Shown one piece after another: positions 26,101 to 39,401 of a stretch of DNA of 64,000 nucleotides. The DNA comes from Phoronis australis (taxonomy: Eukaryota; Animalia; Phoronida), in the NCBI GenBank assembly GCA_002633005.1, contig NMRA01000242.1, forward strand, positions 218,741 to 282,740. The letters run 5' to 3'. Both the position numbers and the translations under genes were made by a program. The notes under the pieces are model-generated. The model did not search any database. It saw only the letters and a list, made by a program, of their open reading frames with translations, and had not been told where the DNA came from. How positions within the stretch are numbered: position 1 is the first letter of the stretch; each line of letters opens with the position of its first letter.

Positions 26101-29100
26101 CCAACGCTCCATCTTGTCGATGGCGATGAACGTGGCCCAGCCGACGTTACCTTTCTTGAGAAACTCAACACACTTCTGAGCTGTGTCTATGGTGTCGCAC
26201 ACGATGTTGTCGAGGGGACCACATGCTGTGGAGACAGCCACGTCATACTTCTCATCAATGGCCCCAAGGTCACCCTATTGGGAAATACAAGAATAAAATA
26301 CTGCAGCAACTCTTCAGCCAGACATGCACATGGTTACAGAACTCTGGGGTGTGCCTTCATCTCAGACAACTCTTCACGTAGATATGCACATGGTTAAAGA
26401 ACTCGGGTGTACCTTCATCTCAGTCAACTCCTTGTGCTCAACACCTTCGCTTTTTGCACAATACACTACAACTGATCGAAAATTTTGGCACTGACTGGAG
26501 ACAGACTAATAGTACAGAAAAGTGTCGTTAGGAGCACTTCTGTAGTGCTGAACAAAATCACTAAAGAGTGTGCCTGTAACTCTTTATTTACTACACTCAA
26601 GATTGTTGTTAAATTACTTTTATCAATAACGTCAAGGTGTTTACATTTTATTTATGCCTTCTCCATCCAATGACCAGAATCAAGCCTAATTGCAACCGTC
26701 ATAATGTGATTGGTTATAAAAACAGCAGGTCGAACCATTCTACCCCCTGTTCCGCCTGACCCTGTCACCTACCAGGCGGCCATAAATCCCCGGAATCTTT
26801 CCAGTCCGTTTTTGCTCCATCAACGCACTGAGAACCTTGTTACGACTCTTATTGGCCTCCAAAGAACTCTTGGCTCGCTCCACCTTCACACGCATGTCTT
26901 TCAACTGCAATGAGAAGCACTGTCAATACAAACACACCAACATAGCCTCAAATAGATAAATAAAGTCCCCTAGGGACCTTAAAAGAAGATTTGAATTCCA
27001 ATCCTGTCTCATATCATATTCAGTGTGACATTCTATATCCAAAATATCTATAAACCATACATGACCATGGAGCCAACAGCATAAGATGACGTAGATAGTT
27101 AACCAATTCATCAATACCTCCTCATTTAACTTTGCTTCATTCACTGTGGTCTGTTCCAAGTCTGTCTGTGCCTTGGTCAGTCCATTCTCTGTCTCAGGGA
27201 CCTTTTTCTGCAGATACTTGATACCACTACACACAATAAAAGATCACATGATAATGACATCACAGCTCACACACTCAGCTACACTTCCGTGACAAAACAA
27301 AATGCCTATTCTGAATACAAAAGATAAAGACGACTTAAACAACAAGAGCAACGCAGGGCGTTGAAAAGCGCCCACAATGTGCTTCTAGGGGTGTTTATTT
27401 GGAACATAAAAATGGTCACTAGATGACTCAAAATACGTTGAATTCATCCGAAAACTGGTATGTCACCAAAACCATTTACCAAATTTCATAAAAATCCGAC
27501 AAAATCAATAGAGTGCTTTGGCAGTAATCTCTTATTTCTTGACTATAATTCACGATCAGTCCACGACTAATGGTGACCATATTATTATCTATGATTGGCC
27601 AATGACTATTGGTGCCACCCATACTATAATTTATGATCAGTACACAACTAATGGTGTCCACATTTCAAATGACTCACTCTCTCCTCTCCGTCAACGTATT
27701 CTTGGTTGTCTGCAAGTTCTTCTGCACAGCATGCAGCTTGTCTGTCTCGCTCTTCTGATTACTCAGGTAGATGTCCAGCTCAGACTGGGCAACATCCATC
27801 TACCAATAGTTTAGTTATTTTAGTATCCAAAACAGGAACCCTTGGGTTCAGGGTATAATTAGACCCTAAGCTGTGTTCCATTAAGGTCCACACTCCCCTG
27901 TATTTTAGTCAGACTTCATTGAAGTTTTCTTGAGCAACACGCTGTTACTAAGCTGACAGGAAAACTAAATGTCTGATACACCAAGGTCAAAACTAAATGT
28001 CTGATACACAAAGGTCAAAACTAAATGTCTAATACACCAAGGTCAAAACTAAATGTCTGATACACCAAGGTCAAAACTAAATGCCTGATACAAAAGATCA
28101 AAACTAAATGTCTGATACATCAAGGTCTTAACTATGAAGACATACAGCATTAGTATCATCACCATTTATTTAATTTCAGATTTATTTTCTACGTTATTTA
28201 TCATCACCATCAAATACAACACTTAAATGATTATAAGCACACATACTTTTGACTTAGTCTCATTCACACTTTTCTGCATGCCCAATAATTCTGTCTCTTT
28301 GACATCCTTCTCAGCTTGCAGGCCCTGAAATCAACAAAACAATTCGTGGTTCTATGCTTTGTTATGTGTAGCAGAAACTTCAACAGTGAGAACGTATTGT
28401 TTGAATAACCCTAAAGCCAACTGTTATCCCAGAATCAAGTAGTGCCCCAAACTCCCCACAGAAGTACATAACTTTTAGGTAACCTATCACGTCAAGTAAT
28501 GCAAAACCCATGCACGAACATTAAGGTATCATCTTCAAATGTTGCAAAACAATCTAAATCACAAATTGCAAACATGAAAATTACACACAGGATGCAGTTC
28601 GTGCAAATTTCATTAACTTAATATTTCAACCCAAAACATATAAGATGCAATAAACCAACACAACTAAAACGACAACTAATGGTGTAGTCCACGCATCATT
28701 ATAAAAGTGATCTCATCTTAGTCTTTACACAGACTAAGAATGTTCTGACGGCACGAGAGAAACAGACAGGTGGTTATAGCTTACAGGTAGTTATAGCTTA
28801 CACGTGGTTAAATCTTACAGGTAGTTATAGCTTACAGGTGGTTATAGCTTACAGGTGGTTATAGCTTACAGGTGATTATAGCTTCCAGGTGGTTATAGCT
28901 TCCAGGTGGTTATAGCTTCCAGGTGGTTATAGCTTCCAGCCAGGCTCAGACGTACTTGTCAGGTAAGTTTCAGCTGACACGTTTTATTGTAACCAAATTT
29001 GATTCAATCAAAGGATATATAAGAAGGCGGCAACATTGCTTTAGAGTAAACACACGTGATGAATGTTGTATTTGATTTCAGAATGTGATAGATTACAGCA

Positions 29101-32100
29101 GCTTTAATAAAGACATAGCACAAAGGATATAATAAAAATATGAATATTTGGTGAGACTGTCAAGATAGTAAGTCTGTCTGATAATACCTGTGTCTCTGTC
29201 TTGAGACTCTCCATCACTTCTTGTAGCCGTGCCTCATCCACCTTCAGCTGGGCCTCATGTTTGACCAACTCTTGCTTCAGCTTTTCCACTTCGCGTTCAC
29301 TCTTCTCAGGAACGGCCTTCAGCTCCTCCACCTGAGTGACAAACAAAGCCTCATGTCACCCAACACTGTACACGGTGCAGGGAGACTATTTGGTATGAAA
29401 GTCTTTTACAGTAGCATGAGTTACATCTGTAAGTTTCCAATCTCACAGCCACCTAAGTTTGACACATTCTACATGAGCCCTAACACCAGCTGAGTATAAC
29501 TTTCAGTACAATTTGAAAACAACACATTTCTGTCACTGACCACGTGTTCTGATGGATTAGTTATGTAGAGCCTAAAAAAACAACCAAATTTGGATAACTT
29601 TGGACCACCATATCTCAGAAAAGGATGATTAGATCCAAATGAAACGTTGACATAGTTTGCTTCATATACTGTTCTCTGATGAACAAACTCGATAGTTGCA
29701 GGAAATGAAAACGAAATATTAAACTAAGAAAACTGTATTGGGGTTCTGGAGATTTCATCTGGAGCATTTAATCAAATAAAATTTGATCGTGTCACTTATA
29801 CGTTTGCTGTTCCTTTTTTTGCTAAATTGTAGTAAAAACATATGACAATGTGACTTAATTAAAGACAGATTGGTATAAACTGAGGTAAAAATCAAAGTCT
29901 ACAGGGTGTCTACCATTGGGAAATATATAACTATACACTCAGGCTTAATTTCAATACTTTTTTATACATTTATTGGCAATGAGAAAAACATTACAATACC
30001 ACAAAAAGACAAAGAACACCACAGACACGCACATACACACACGCATACCCCATAACCAATCCTCTTGACTAAGAAAAAACGTTTCAAAGTAACACCATCT
30101 TTTTGTATCACTTCTAAATTCAAATCCTTACAAGCATACTTTTCAATCATATAATATTCTTTGACGAAGTTAAAAAAATCTACTTAGAAGTAATCTTTTT
30201 GATCCAAAATTTTGGGTAAAAATAAACTGTTTACCCAATAATAAAACAATGTTTTTAAAATTTGGATAAATTCACAGGCTTGTCATAGTCAAGGTGACCT
30301 ACAAACTGTCTAAGAAATAGTGTTTGAATCTCTCAATTTTGTGTATTGTATGGGTTCACATCCCAGTCAGGTTTTTCCATATATTGTCAGAGGTACACAA
30401 TGCTCTCCGAAGGGAGCTCAAGTTGCCATAGTTCACAAGTCCACTACTATAATCATGATCACCCCCGTTTACCTTTTTTTTCTCCTGTTCTAGACTTTTC
30501 TCCAGTTTCTTTGCCTTGGCCTTAGCATGCTTGAGGTCCTCGCGACACTTGACGTCCTGCTGTTCAAACTCAGAGAACTCCTCCTTCCTCTTCTCACACT
30601 CCTTTTCCAGCTGCTCGTATTCCCTGTCAATCAACAGAGCCAGACCCGCCCATGTCAGGAGTGTAAGTAGGATATGGGACTATAGGTCCACTTACAAAAC
30701 AGCATACATGCAATGCATAATTTCACAGTACCCAAATATTACATTATTATATTATACATTGGTAAGATTCACCTTGTTGGTTGAATCCTGTGCAGGGTAT
30801 TTCCCTCATATTTTGGATTTCTTCCCCAAAATTTACGATATCTATTCAAAAATGTCAATAACTTTAAAATTATTTTTTTATTTCAAACACTGATTTTTGA
30901 GGAGAAATAAAATTCTCAAAATCCGCATGAGAATACCCTGACAAGTATGCGGAATGTGGGTAAATGAATAAGAGTTGAGAGGCAAACTATTCCATCATCT
31001 ATCTGTGTCTAGACTTACTTGAATATCCTCTTGTGTTGTTTTACTTTCTCCTTCTTACAACTGCTGATCTCATCCAACTTTGCTGTCACCTCCTTCATTC
31101 CATCCTTGATCTCATCGCGCTTGGCAACAGCCTTCTCTTCATTCACTGTGCACTCATGACTGGAAAATGGGATAGAGGGTTAGAAGAGAAGAGACTGTGG
31201 AAAGAGATTTTGTCACTTTATCTACGTACTAGACATTTAGAAAACCAGCCATTGGAGTATGTTGACTAAACTTTGGCCAAAATTGATCGGCAAAAGATAA
31301 ACAAATAACTTCCGAACGGAGTGATTCTTTGCCTTGAATCTTCAAGTTTGTAACAAACGTGGGGGGCAAAGGATGCGAATTCTGTATACATGATTCCCAG
31401 ACATGAATCGGGCAAATGTTTGAACTAAAGTAAAATTAAGCAGACATTCTGAAAATAATTCAGACCCAGTCCAAAGGCCAATGCTTAACAAAATCTATGT
31501 AATGGTATATGTGAAGTAAGGTGACAAGGAAAATGGGATAGAAGGTTAGATGAGTGGAGACTATGGGATATGTGAAGTGAGGTAACATGGAAAATAGGAT
31601 AGAGGGTGAGATGAGTGAAGACTATGGAGTATGTGAAGTGAGGTGACATGGGAAATGGGATTGAGGAATAGGTGAGTGATGTATCTGACTTGGGTATTCA
31701 CACTGTCTGAAATGCTTCAGTCAATTTTTGCATCAATCAATGTTTCCAGCAGTGTTTAATTGTCTATGTTATGTTGAGCATCTCCCCTCCCCCCAACACC
31801 TAGTGAGCTCTTGTTGATGTACAGAGCACATAAGGTGAAGCTTGTCAACACATTTCATACTGGGAACTGTACAAATCTGGAGACAGTTGTCAGTAATGCA
31901 CCATACAACTAAGCACAAAAAGTCAGGCTAGCACCATCTAAACAAACTTCTTTGGTAGCATATTTCAAAAGAACAGCTTTGTAACCAAACATACACGTAA
32001 GGCACTCACATGTACTTCTGGTAGAGTTTGTTCTTCAGCTTGCTGATGTCATTCTCCATGCGTAGGTACTCCATAGCCTCGTTCTTGGGTCCTTCTAAAT

Positions 32101-35100
32101 CATTCTTCTCTTTCTCCACAGCTTTCACACGGTTTAACTGCAAGGACGCATGAGTCATTCAGGCATACGTACATATCACTGTCTTAAAACTGTTGAACCA
32201 AAACACAGTCTTTGAAATATTTACGGTGAAGTATTAATTATTTGCACCATTTTCCTATTAAGTTATGTGTATGTCTTAATGTAGCTAACTTTGTCTCAGA
32301 AATGGCAGATTGGATTCATACGAAACTTTCACATACTATATTTGATCCAATGTTCTGCAAGAAGTTGGGAATTGTTTACAAAATGTCCAACTTTTGCATG
32401 AGAGATTAACAAAAAGTTGAATAAAACAAAAACGAGGAAATATTTTAGAAAATTGTGTTTTTTGAGATTTCTTCTTGACAACTTAATAACATTTGGTCAT
32501 GTTATTGATACCATTTCCTTTTGTGAAATGAAACTAAATAACATGACCATGTGACCCAATTAATGGCATGGTGTTAACTAAATAACATGACCATGTGACC
32601 CAATTAATGGCATGGTGTTAACTAAATAACATGACCATGTGACCCAATTAATGGCATGGTGTTAACTTAAAAATCAAAGTCTCTCTACTTTCTTCTACTG
32701 AGGCAATATCTATAGTTTATTGATAAGGTCCTATATATACCTTAGTGAAAAACTATCATCTCATTCATTAGAAGGCACGATAGTTACTTAATGCTCTATT
32801 TCGGAATGTGAATCCTTAAATCTGAATCTATCAATATTCACTTATCTTACTTCAGTCACATTCTCCACTATGTTAACTTTATCAACTACTTCAATCAAGA
32901 ACTGCCAATGATGTTTACCTACCTTCTCACCACGAATTTCACTCAGATTCTCCACTCTCTTCGCCAGCAGATCTATGGGTTCTTTGAAGCGGGAGCTGCC
33001 AATGATGTCCTCCAAGAACTCCAACATGCCCTCGTCATGTTCAGTTTGTGCTTTGGGCTTCATCATAGCAATCTGTTCAACTTCACCCTGAAGTAGACAG
33101 TCAAGCTCTTCACAAGAAGTAATTCACCTGAAGATTCACTTTTTACTATTTGCTTGCTGTTCTGCCGTTTTCATTTTCCACCAAGTGACAAACTTGTAAA
33201 CTAAACATTCTTGGTGGGTGTTGGGGTCAGTAAATAACGTCATTAAGTAAAAACCTAGAATACAAAATGGCACACGATTTGATTCGTCATTGGTTGAGAA
33301 AGGTAAAAAGAGACAAAATACAAATGTGCAAGACCGTTTATGGTTCCCTGGACATGCAAAGGGAATTTGAATTGGTTAGTACCACCAAGTTTTTTTTATC
33401 TCATTCTTTTGATTTACGTCCATTTCACAAACTAGTGAAAAAATGTTTCAGTGACCCTTTAGCTTTGCTTGAGCCAAGTATTGGCTACAGCAACCCAAGT
33501 ACTACAACATCAATCAAGTTTCCTTCGTAGCCACAAATGCAGATGACAGCTAGATTACTTGCTGTCTAGTCATATTATTGGAGCACATGTTACATGTCAG
33601 GAATGTAAAGATTATCGGTTAATTGGTAACATTACACCATATGCTTGTATTTAAGTACGTGCACCTATATCCAAGATAATATGTCTAAGCTTCAGATATA
33701 GGTGCAGGTGACTATTCTTTATTATTAAGTGTGCGCGTATTTTGTTTTTTCTGTTCCAAGAACTTTTCATTCAATAATTACAACATCAAACTTATTTATT
33801 GTTAAACCAAGTTTGCACCCAACAGAAATTTCCACTTCCGTTTAAGTGAAGAGCTTCACACACATCCTGTGATGCATCCTTGTCACTATAATGTATGCTA
33901 AATACATATATGGGAGCATGCGTCAATATAAACTCATATAAGGTATACAAAATTTAATGTCTTATCCAATTCAGAACAAGGCAGCAGAAATTAAGAAGGT
34001 AATACAAACAAAACGCTGTTCTTTATGAACACACACGTCCTTTAACAACATGAGAGAAAGTCGTACCTGCAGAATCAAGAAGCGGTTGTGATCCAGATCA
34101 ACACCGTTACCACGAAGTAGTGTGGCCACCTCTTTGTATGGAGCTTTCTTGCCGTTGAGAGAATAGAACGAGCTGTTGTCTCGGAAGGCTGTCCTGGACA
34201 CGACAAACTGTGAGTTGGGAACGACATCATAGTCATCTTGGCCAGACTGGAAACATGGCAAAACGAAATAACAGTTCTATTATGTGGACACCAAGATTCA
34301 AACAACTACATTCTGAGAGGCTCACTATCTTTGGTTTTGTTGTAAGTTAAAAGTAACCATCACACCAAAATACAGCTTTATCAGAATTTGTCCAACTGGA
34401 CAGATATGTGTAAGGCATATTATTGTCTTATCTGACGAAGAAGAATGCTGCCATGAACTCACCAGACTGACGTTTTGACAGTGTGGTCAATTGAAATGCA
34501 AATTGGTCAAATAATGTGATACTTGAGCCAAATGCACTGACCTACAATGAAAAGATAACTGCACTAAGAGTGAGATGTAAGCACACTTGACAGGGTTAAT
34601 ATTCCTGACTCTACTCACACCAGTGTCTATAATTTTCTGGAAGTGCACAGCCACAGAGCAGCTGTTAACATCCCGGTGCTGGTCACTGCTGTGAATAAGC
34701 ACACTGATCTTCTTTGAACGGATCTTGTTGGCACGGTAACCAAATACAAACAACATGGAGTCTATCACGTTTGACTTGCCGCTACCGTTAGGTCCAACGA
34801 TGCATGTGAAACTCTGCAAACAGTCAGTGATGATCTCATGACTCGCATTGAGTCTAGCTACAATACACCATTCACAACAATTTATAGTCCTAGAAATTAA
34901 TTTGAACTGCCAGTAAACAAATTTTCGATCAAAATGAAAATTGCTTAACTGCAATATCATGGTCACTGTCCGACAATATTAGCCACGGTCGAGTCAAAAG
35001 TATTTACTATTAGTTTGACACACAATTTTCGTGAACCTTTCTCAGTTCACATCCTTATGAACTTGATGCGCAAGATGGCCTGCAATAGACTTACCAGCTG

Positions 35101-35895
35101 TACTGTAAGCTGATTACATAAAACCTACTTTGTGAAATGGTCCAAGGGTCTTGACTCCAGCATAAGACTTGAAGTTCTCGTTAACAATCTGTGTGATCAT
35201 CAGTCGAGGGCCGCTCGTGTCATACGTAGCGACTTTCTCTGGAGCAGGGGGAACTTCGACTTCACTGTAATCTGAGTGGACACAAGGGCAAAATGAGTAC
35301 ATGAAGACACTTAACTATGTTTAGTATTGTCACTTTGTTTAAGATACAAACCAATCACTGGGAACACTCATCATCATAGTATGGCTTCTTGTGTAAATTG
35401 CTTTTCAGACTTTCACTGCCTGTATGTGTGTGTTTTAGGTTAACAATTCCATACTTATTTCATGACTTCTAAATAATAAAATGAATGGACATCAACAGAC
35501 TTCTTGCAGACAATTTAGGTCCTGTCATACTGAACAGATTCTCAGAACATCCGAGCCAGTCTTGACAAAACGGATGGGAACACGCAACTTTGGGGCAAAA
35601 ACATGCCTCGCATGTGGGTGGGTACAGTCAGTCAGGTTCTTGCTGAGATGGTACTACGCATAGTTGGTTCTCATTATGTTTTTGACACCTTTTTGAAATC
35701 ATACTGAGAACTAACTTGGTATGACAAGGCTTGTGTTTTGTTTTTTAAGCCAATTCCTACACTGGCCATAGTCAGAGATATTTCTTCACTGTATCCCCTA
35801 CGTTGTAATAGCTTACTCTGCCAGTCATCATTAAACACTACAGCTTGTTCGTTGTGTTCCCCTTCCACCTCCATAGGTGTGTCCTCATTAACCAT
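14156..35895 (-). CDS. SMC4: Structural maintenance of chromosomes protein 4 (condensin). Approximate exons high to low: 35895-35817, 35271-35129, 34812-34620, 34246-34067, 33087-32923, 32137-32010, 31159-31019, 30623-30473, 29331-29188, 28324-28247, 27797-27678, 27226-27118, 26904-26773, 26274-26071, 24120-23935 (=22285-22100), 23562-23454 (=21729-21620), 19986-19864, 19452-19326, 18803-18614, 18400-18256, 17936-17764, [exon(s) missing], 15918-15687, 15239-15056, 14317-14156
   Basis: RLMITQIVNENFKSYAG; Walker A IVGPNGSGKSNVIDSMLFVFG; DLDHNRFLILQGEVEQI; hinge GDLGAIDEKYDVAVSTAC and GTMSGGG; ITLGGDAELELVDSLDPFSEG; signature LSGGEKTLSSLAL; Walker B LYVMDEIDAALD; AQFIIISLRNNMFEL. Start codon tentative. 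Confidence 0.97.
14369..14515. repeat. Minisatellite, 49-bp unit x3
   Basis: acatgtgtacatgtcaaatgtaatttggtatgggattatcccaacaaca repeated. Confidence 0.9.
20313..20676. repeat. Minisatellite, ~68-70-bp unit x5
   Basis: ggtccgcattacacgatcaacgctggctgtcgtaccacacacatgtacagtgcatatgtttgagccagactcgt repeated. Confidence 0.9.
20864..21551. mobile_element. piggyBac-like non-autonomous element with TTAA duplication
   Basis: TTAA|ccctagtcctacta ... tagcactacaaagg|TTAA; the duplicate copy shows the empty site aagtataag-TTAA-gtttgtcggc at ~23386. Confidence 0.8.
23260..25092. repeat. Near-identical duplicate of ~20740-23258 (two SMC4 exons plus introns), lacking the TTAA insertion; likely alternative haplotype
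   Basis: Starts after the single N at 23259; both exons repeated with few substitutions. Confidence 0.9.
24940..25187. mobile_element. Shorter hAT-like MITE sharing family A termini (6-bp TSD gtccag); truncated haplotype copy at 23105-23258
   Basis: gtccag|cagggcttggaatgaccaatg...aaattccaagcctg|gtccag. Confidence 0.8.
25390..25951. mobile_element. PIF/Harbinger-like MITE with 3-bp TTA duplication
   Basis: tta|gggctctttcagcaaaatctgtgtggg ... cccatacagattttactggaacagccc|tta. Confidence 0.8.
27338..27480 (-). mobile_element. 3' end fragment of a Helentron/DINE-like element
   Basis: Minus strand reads gggcgcttttcaacgccctgcgttgctcttgttg: terminal hairpin like that at 57219-57247. Confidence 0.5.
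27961..28127. repeat. Minisatellite, 28-bp unit x6
   Basis: aaaactaaatgtctgatacaccaaggtc repeated. Confidence 0.9.
28767..28938. repeat. Minisatellite, 17-bp unit x10
   Basis: caggtggttatagctta repeated. Confidence 0.9.
31505..31680. repeat. Diverged tandem repeat, ~60-bp unit x3
   Basis: atgtgaagtgaggtgacatggaaaatgggatagagggttagatgagtggagactatggg-like units. Confidence 0.8.
32533..32667. repeat. Minisatellite, 44-bp unit x3
   Basis: actaaataacatgaccatgtgacccaattaatggcatggtgtta repeated. Confidence 0.9.
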
Positions 35896-36065
35896 CTTCT
35901 CCTGTAATGATACAAGTAATATATGATTAGCATTAGCAGAACTATAGATGTTAGCTGAACAAATAGCAGGAGTATAGCTGGCAGTGTAAAAATGGTCAGT
36001 TGCCGATTTGGGCAACTGAACAAAGGTCTGTTCGAAAAAAAGTTTAATTGCATGAGTATTTGCTA

Positions 36066-36205
36066 AAGTTGGAAGGAATTAAAGACATCAACGGCCTCTT
36101 AAGTTGTTCCTCCATGCGCAAAACGTACTTTAACAACGTGACTATGATGTTTTAATCAGTGTGAGGCTAAAAAGCTTCCAGCATATGAAGCGCCTGTAGG
36201 AGCTT
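36066..36205. mobile_element. Fragment of the palindromic repeat family found at 43716-47061
   Basis: gttggaaggaattaaagacatcaacggcctc...tatgaagcgcctgtaggagct matches 46870-47015. Confidence 0.7.
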
Positions 36206-36543
36206 TACCATCAGTCATAACGTGACCCATTCTCTTGCACCCTTCCAATCCTCCCCTCCCCCGTAAATGCCTAAATGTAGACGTACGTTCATTCTCTAAC
36301 TCAATTCCTCTCGCCACCAAATGAGTATAGAACGCAGACGACTGTATGAGCTGGTGACTGATGCTGCGAATTTCACAGATCTTACCAAACAATTTCAGCT
36401 TATGTCTGTTTACTTCCTGTTGTAACTTAAGCGTGTTGCCAAATGCTCCGATTTCACAAAATAAACGGAACAATTGTGAATCAAAGCCAAAGGTACTATA
36501 TCTAGGAAAACTGTTAATAATTTAAAGTTCGGAAGTCCACACA

Positions 36544-36614
36544 AACTTGTTATGCTATAACAACTTGTTATGCTATAACAACTTATGCTATAACAACTTG
36601 TTATGCTATAACAA
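36544..36614. repeat. Minisatellite, ~18-bp unit x4
   Basis: aacttgttatgctataac repeated. Confidence 0.85.
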
Positions 36615-37404
36615 GGGCAGGTTCACTGAACACCACTCCCGCTCTTTCTGTCACACATTGTTTGATGAAAAATAATCTTCCAATTTGTTGTGATATGTTG
36701 TTTTACTACATTAGAAATTTAGAACTTATGACGGATTAGTGGTCTATGTTATTCAGTTAGAGTTGAGGCGCCATCTTTTGCATCGGCTTTCGGCACCATA
36801 AAATATTGCGTCACCTATTGGCCAACTTCTTTTTCCCAATTCTTCAATCAATTGTTCTTTTTCTACGAGTTTGCTTACATGTCACAACAAATTCAACAAC
36901 AATGGCACTCGAAAGCCGAAACAATAATTTTGTTTTTCACTTTTGAAAATATTGTTGGAGAAACTTTTGGATAATCTCAAGTTAACTAAATATTCACAGA
37001 TACAATGTGTTAATGGTATAGATTATGTTGAAATTCGCCCAGACACAAATTGCACGACTTTACCGATAAAAATCAAATGACAAAGTCAATACAATACAAG
37101 TTTTATTATTGGCAATTTTGATAAACAAATGCAGAAAACAACTGGAAAAGAAGATCCTTTAACTCGAAGTTTGAGGCTACTGACAACGGTTTCAGAAAAT
37201 TTGAAAAATTGTCCGGGTCTCCTGTCCAATCCTGGGGTTCCTGTTTTAAAGGTCAGGGTTCGCGTTTTTTGGGCCGTTTAGCTGCTTTGAAGGTGTGGAA
37301 GTCTACTCTACACCGGTGTTCCTGTTTAGATGGAACACCTTGGACTCAGGGGTCTGAGGCCAGCTAGAGATGGTGGTCAAAATAGTGAGAAATCACCTAG
37401 TCCA

Positions 37405-37530
37405 AGTTTCGAACCCAGCACCTCTTGATTCAATGCCAGGCGTCTTAACCAGTCGACCAAAGAGCAATTGCCCGTAGGTGAGTGATTAAGAGAGGCCTTT
37501 ATATTACTATACTCAATGCAGATTGACCAC
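37405..37530 (-). mobile_element. tRNA-derived SINE-like head; second copy at ~37720-37768 + 39402-39460 split by a DNA transposon
   Basis: Minus strand gctctttggtcgactggttaagacgcctggcattgaatcaagaggtgctgggttcgaaact has Pol III A- and B-box-like motifs, but I could not pair an acceptor stem. Confidence 0.55.
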
Positions 37531-37768
37531 ACTATTCCCCATCCAATGATTAGGGTAACGCCGCCCGGAACTCAACGTCAGATCAGCCCCCTATACATAC
37601 ATCTCTTCCTCAGCCATTATGGCACTATCAAACTCATGAGGATCTTTGGTTCCTTCCTGCAGTTGTGAGTACGTAACGTTGTTGGGTGCCAATGAAGTGA
37701 AAAATCGCGCAGTCCAAGTCCAATGTCAGGCCTCTTAACCAGACAACCAAAGAGCAATTGTCCGTAGG

Positions 37769-39401
37769 CAGGGCTCAACACTAACGGTTGCCCGATTGCC
37801 CGTGTACATGTAGATTTTGCGTCGGGCAAGTGGAATTTGAAAAGTACTTGCCCGATGGGCAAGTTAAAAAGTTGGCCACATAGGCAAGTAGATCCTAAGA
37901 TTGTCTGCTCGACATTTGCTCCAAAGTAACGAACCCCGACACAAGCCTAAAAACCGTCGAAAAAGCCCCTGTGGCTGTCAAAGAAACTCCCGTCTTCGAA
38001 TGAGCACTGAAAGGAAAATAGAACGAGTGTGACGCACCGTGCACAGATGACGCCCGCGGTAAAATCCTTTCGATTCTCTGAACGTGCCCTGCAGTTTCTG
38101 AATAAGTTGTCACGTGATACTACTGATCGTCTGCACTCTGGCAAAACGTCCAAACAAGGAAGCTGGACGGCATTGGTTTAGTTGCTAAAAAACAAATTTA
38201 GGACGAATCAAAGCAACAATATGAAACGAAAAGAGTGCGGGGATGGGTTCCGTCATGGGAAATTAGGTTTCTTGGCCTGCGAGACAGTGAACAAGGGATG
38301 ACGTGTGATTTTTGCCGGCATTTTCCCATGTACAGCTGGAAGCACCGCGTTCGTCGGCGGATGTAAGTCATACAGATAAGCGTAAAAGCTAAAAAGTGAA
38401 TGACTGACCACATATTTTTTACACTGCACCGCAGTTTTAAAGGCCTGGTATTTATTCAGGGGGAATTCCAAAGTAAATTCTTATGAATTCCCGGCTCCCG
38501 GTGGCAACTCCCGAAAGAAGAGGAATACAGTCTTCAGGATTGTCGCTCTGAAGGGTGACTTTTTTCGCAGTCTATCTATTTTTCAAAAATGTAATTATTT
38601 ATTGAAAATAAAAATAATTATATGTGGCATTATTATATGTTAAAATTTGATTTAAATTTAATACAAGGACCGATGACCAAAATTAAGGTTTTTACGGATA
38701 GCAAAAATTCAAATTCAGGTTTAGCAACAACTCAAGTTTAATGCATGAGGGTGTAGGCCTATAAACTAATGAATACACAGGAGTGTGTAGAGTTCATGCC
38801 CTAGCTCATTTCGGCGCTTGTGAACGTGAGACAATGGTTCAGATACCATAATTACTCTTCTAATTTGTCTCTCTAGTGTTTTGACACACCTTATAAATAA
38901 ATGTTCTATAAGAAGAATCGTTGAAAAAATAGCAACCAGGGGCAGATCCAGGATTTTGAGTTAGGGGGGCCAGGGCACGGAATAACCAGAATTTCGGCAG
39001 ATACGCGCGCCCAGGCTAAATTGCGAGGACGCAGAGGCCTCGAATGAGGACCTGTTGACTAAAAAAAGGTAAACGGAGTTTGTTCAGGGCCTATGCGTTG
39101 TATATCACCCCCGATGAGCCCCTGCTTGCGCGCACCCGAACTCTCAAATGGTATCTGGTAGAATTTTAGGGGGAGCCATGGCCCCCCTAAATCCGCCACT
39201 GGCAACTCATGTATTCAGCATGCACGACACAAGAGGAGGCTCAGCACAGGCAGCCCTACGGTAACACATTGCCTAGGTGTGCACATGCACGGTGCTATTT
39301 GGGATTGTACTTGGGGCAAGTGAATTTGTTGTTCGGGCAATTAAAAATTTCAGCTACTTGCCCGAAGGGGAAGAGGCCTAAAAAGTTAATGTTGAGCCCT
39401 G
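37769..39401. mobile_element. Non-autonomous hAT-like element with 5-bp TSD (gtagg)
   Basis: gtagg|cagggctcaacactaac ... gttaatgttgagccctg|gtagg; subterminal ttgcccga repeats; the uninterrupted host sequence is visible at ~37470. Confidence 0.85.
38937..39201. mobile_element. Nested MITE with 5-bp TSD (gcaac)
   Basis: gcaac|caggggcagatccagg ... taaatccgccactg|gcaac. Confidence 0.75.

Noticed and set aside
2963-35895. HIRAN-like ORF, ASCC1 and SMC4 as a DNA-repair gene cluster
   Set aside because: The HIRAN-like ORF is transposon cargo in another gene's intron; nothing beyond adjacency supports co-function.
37405-37470. Possible tRNA gene
   Set aside because: A/B boxes present, but I could not form an acceptor stem and it is part of a locally repeated unit; better explained as a SINE head.
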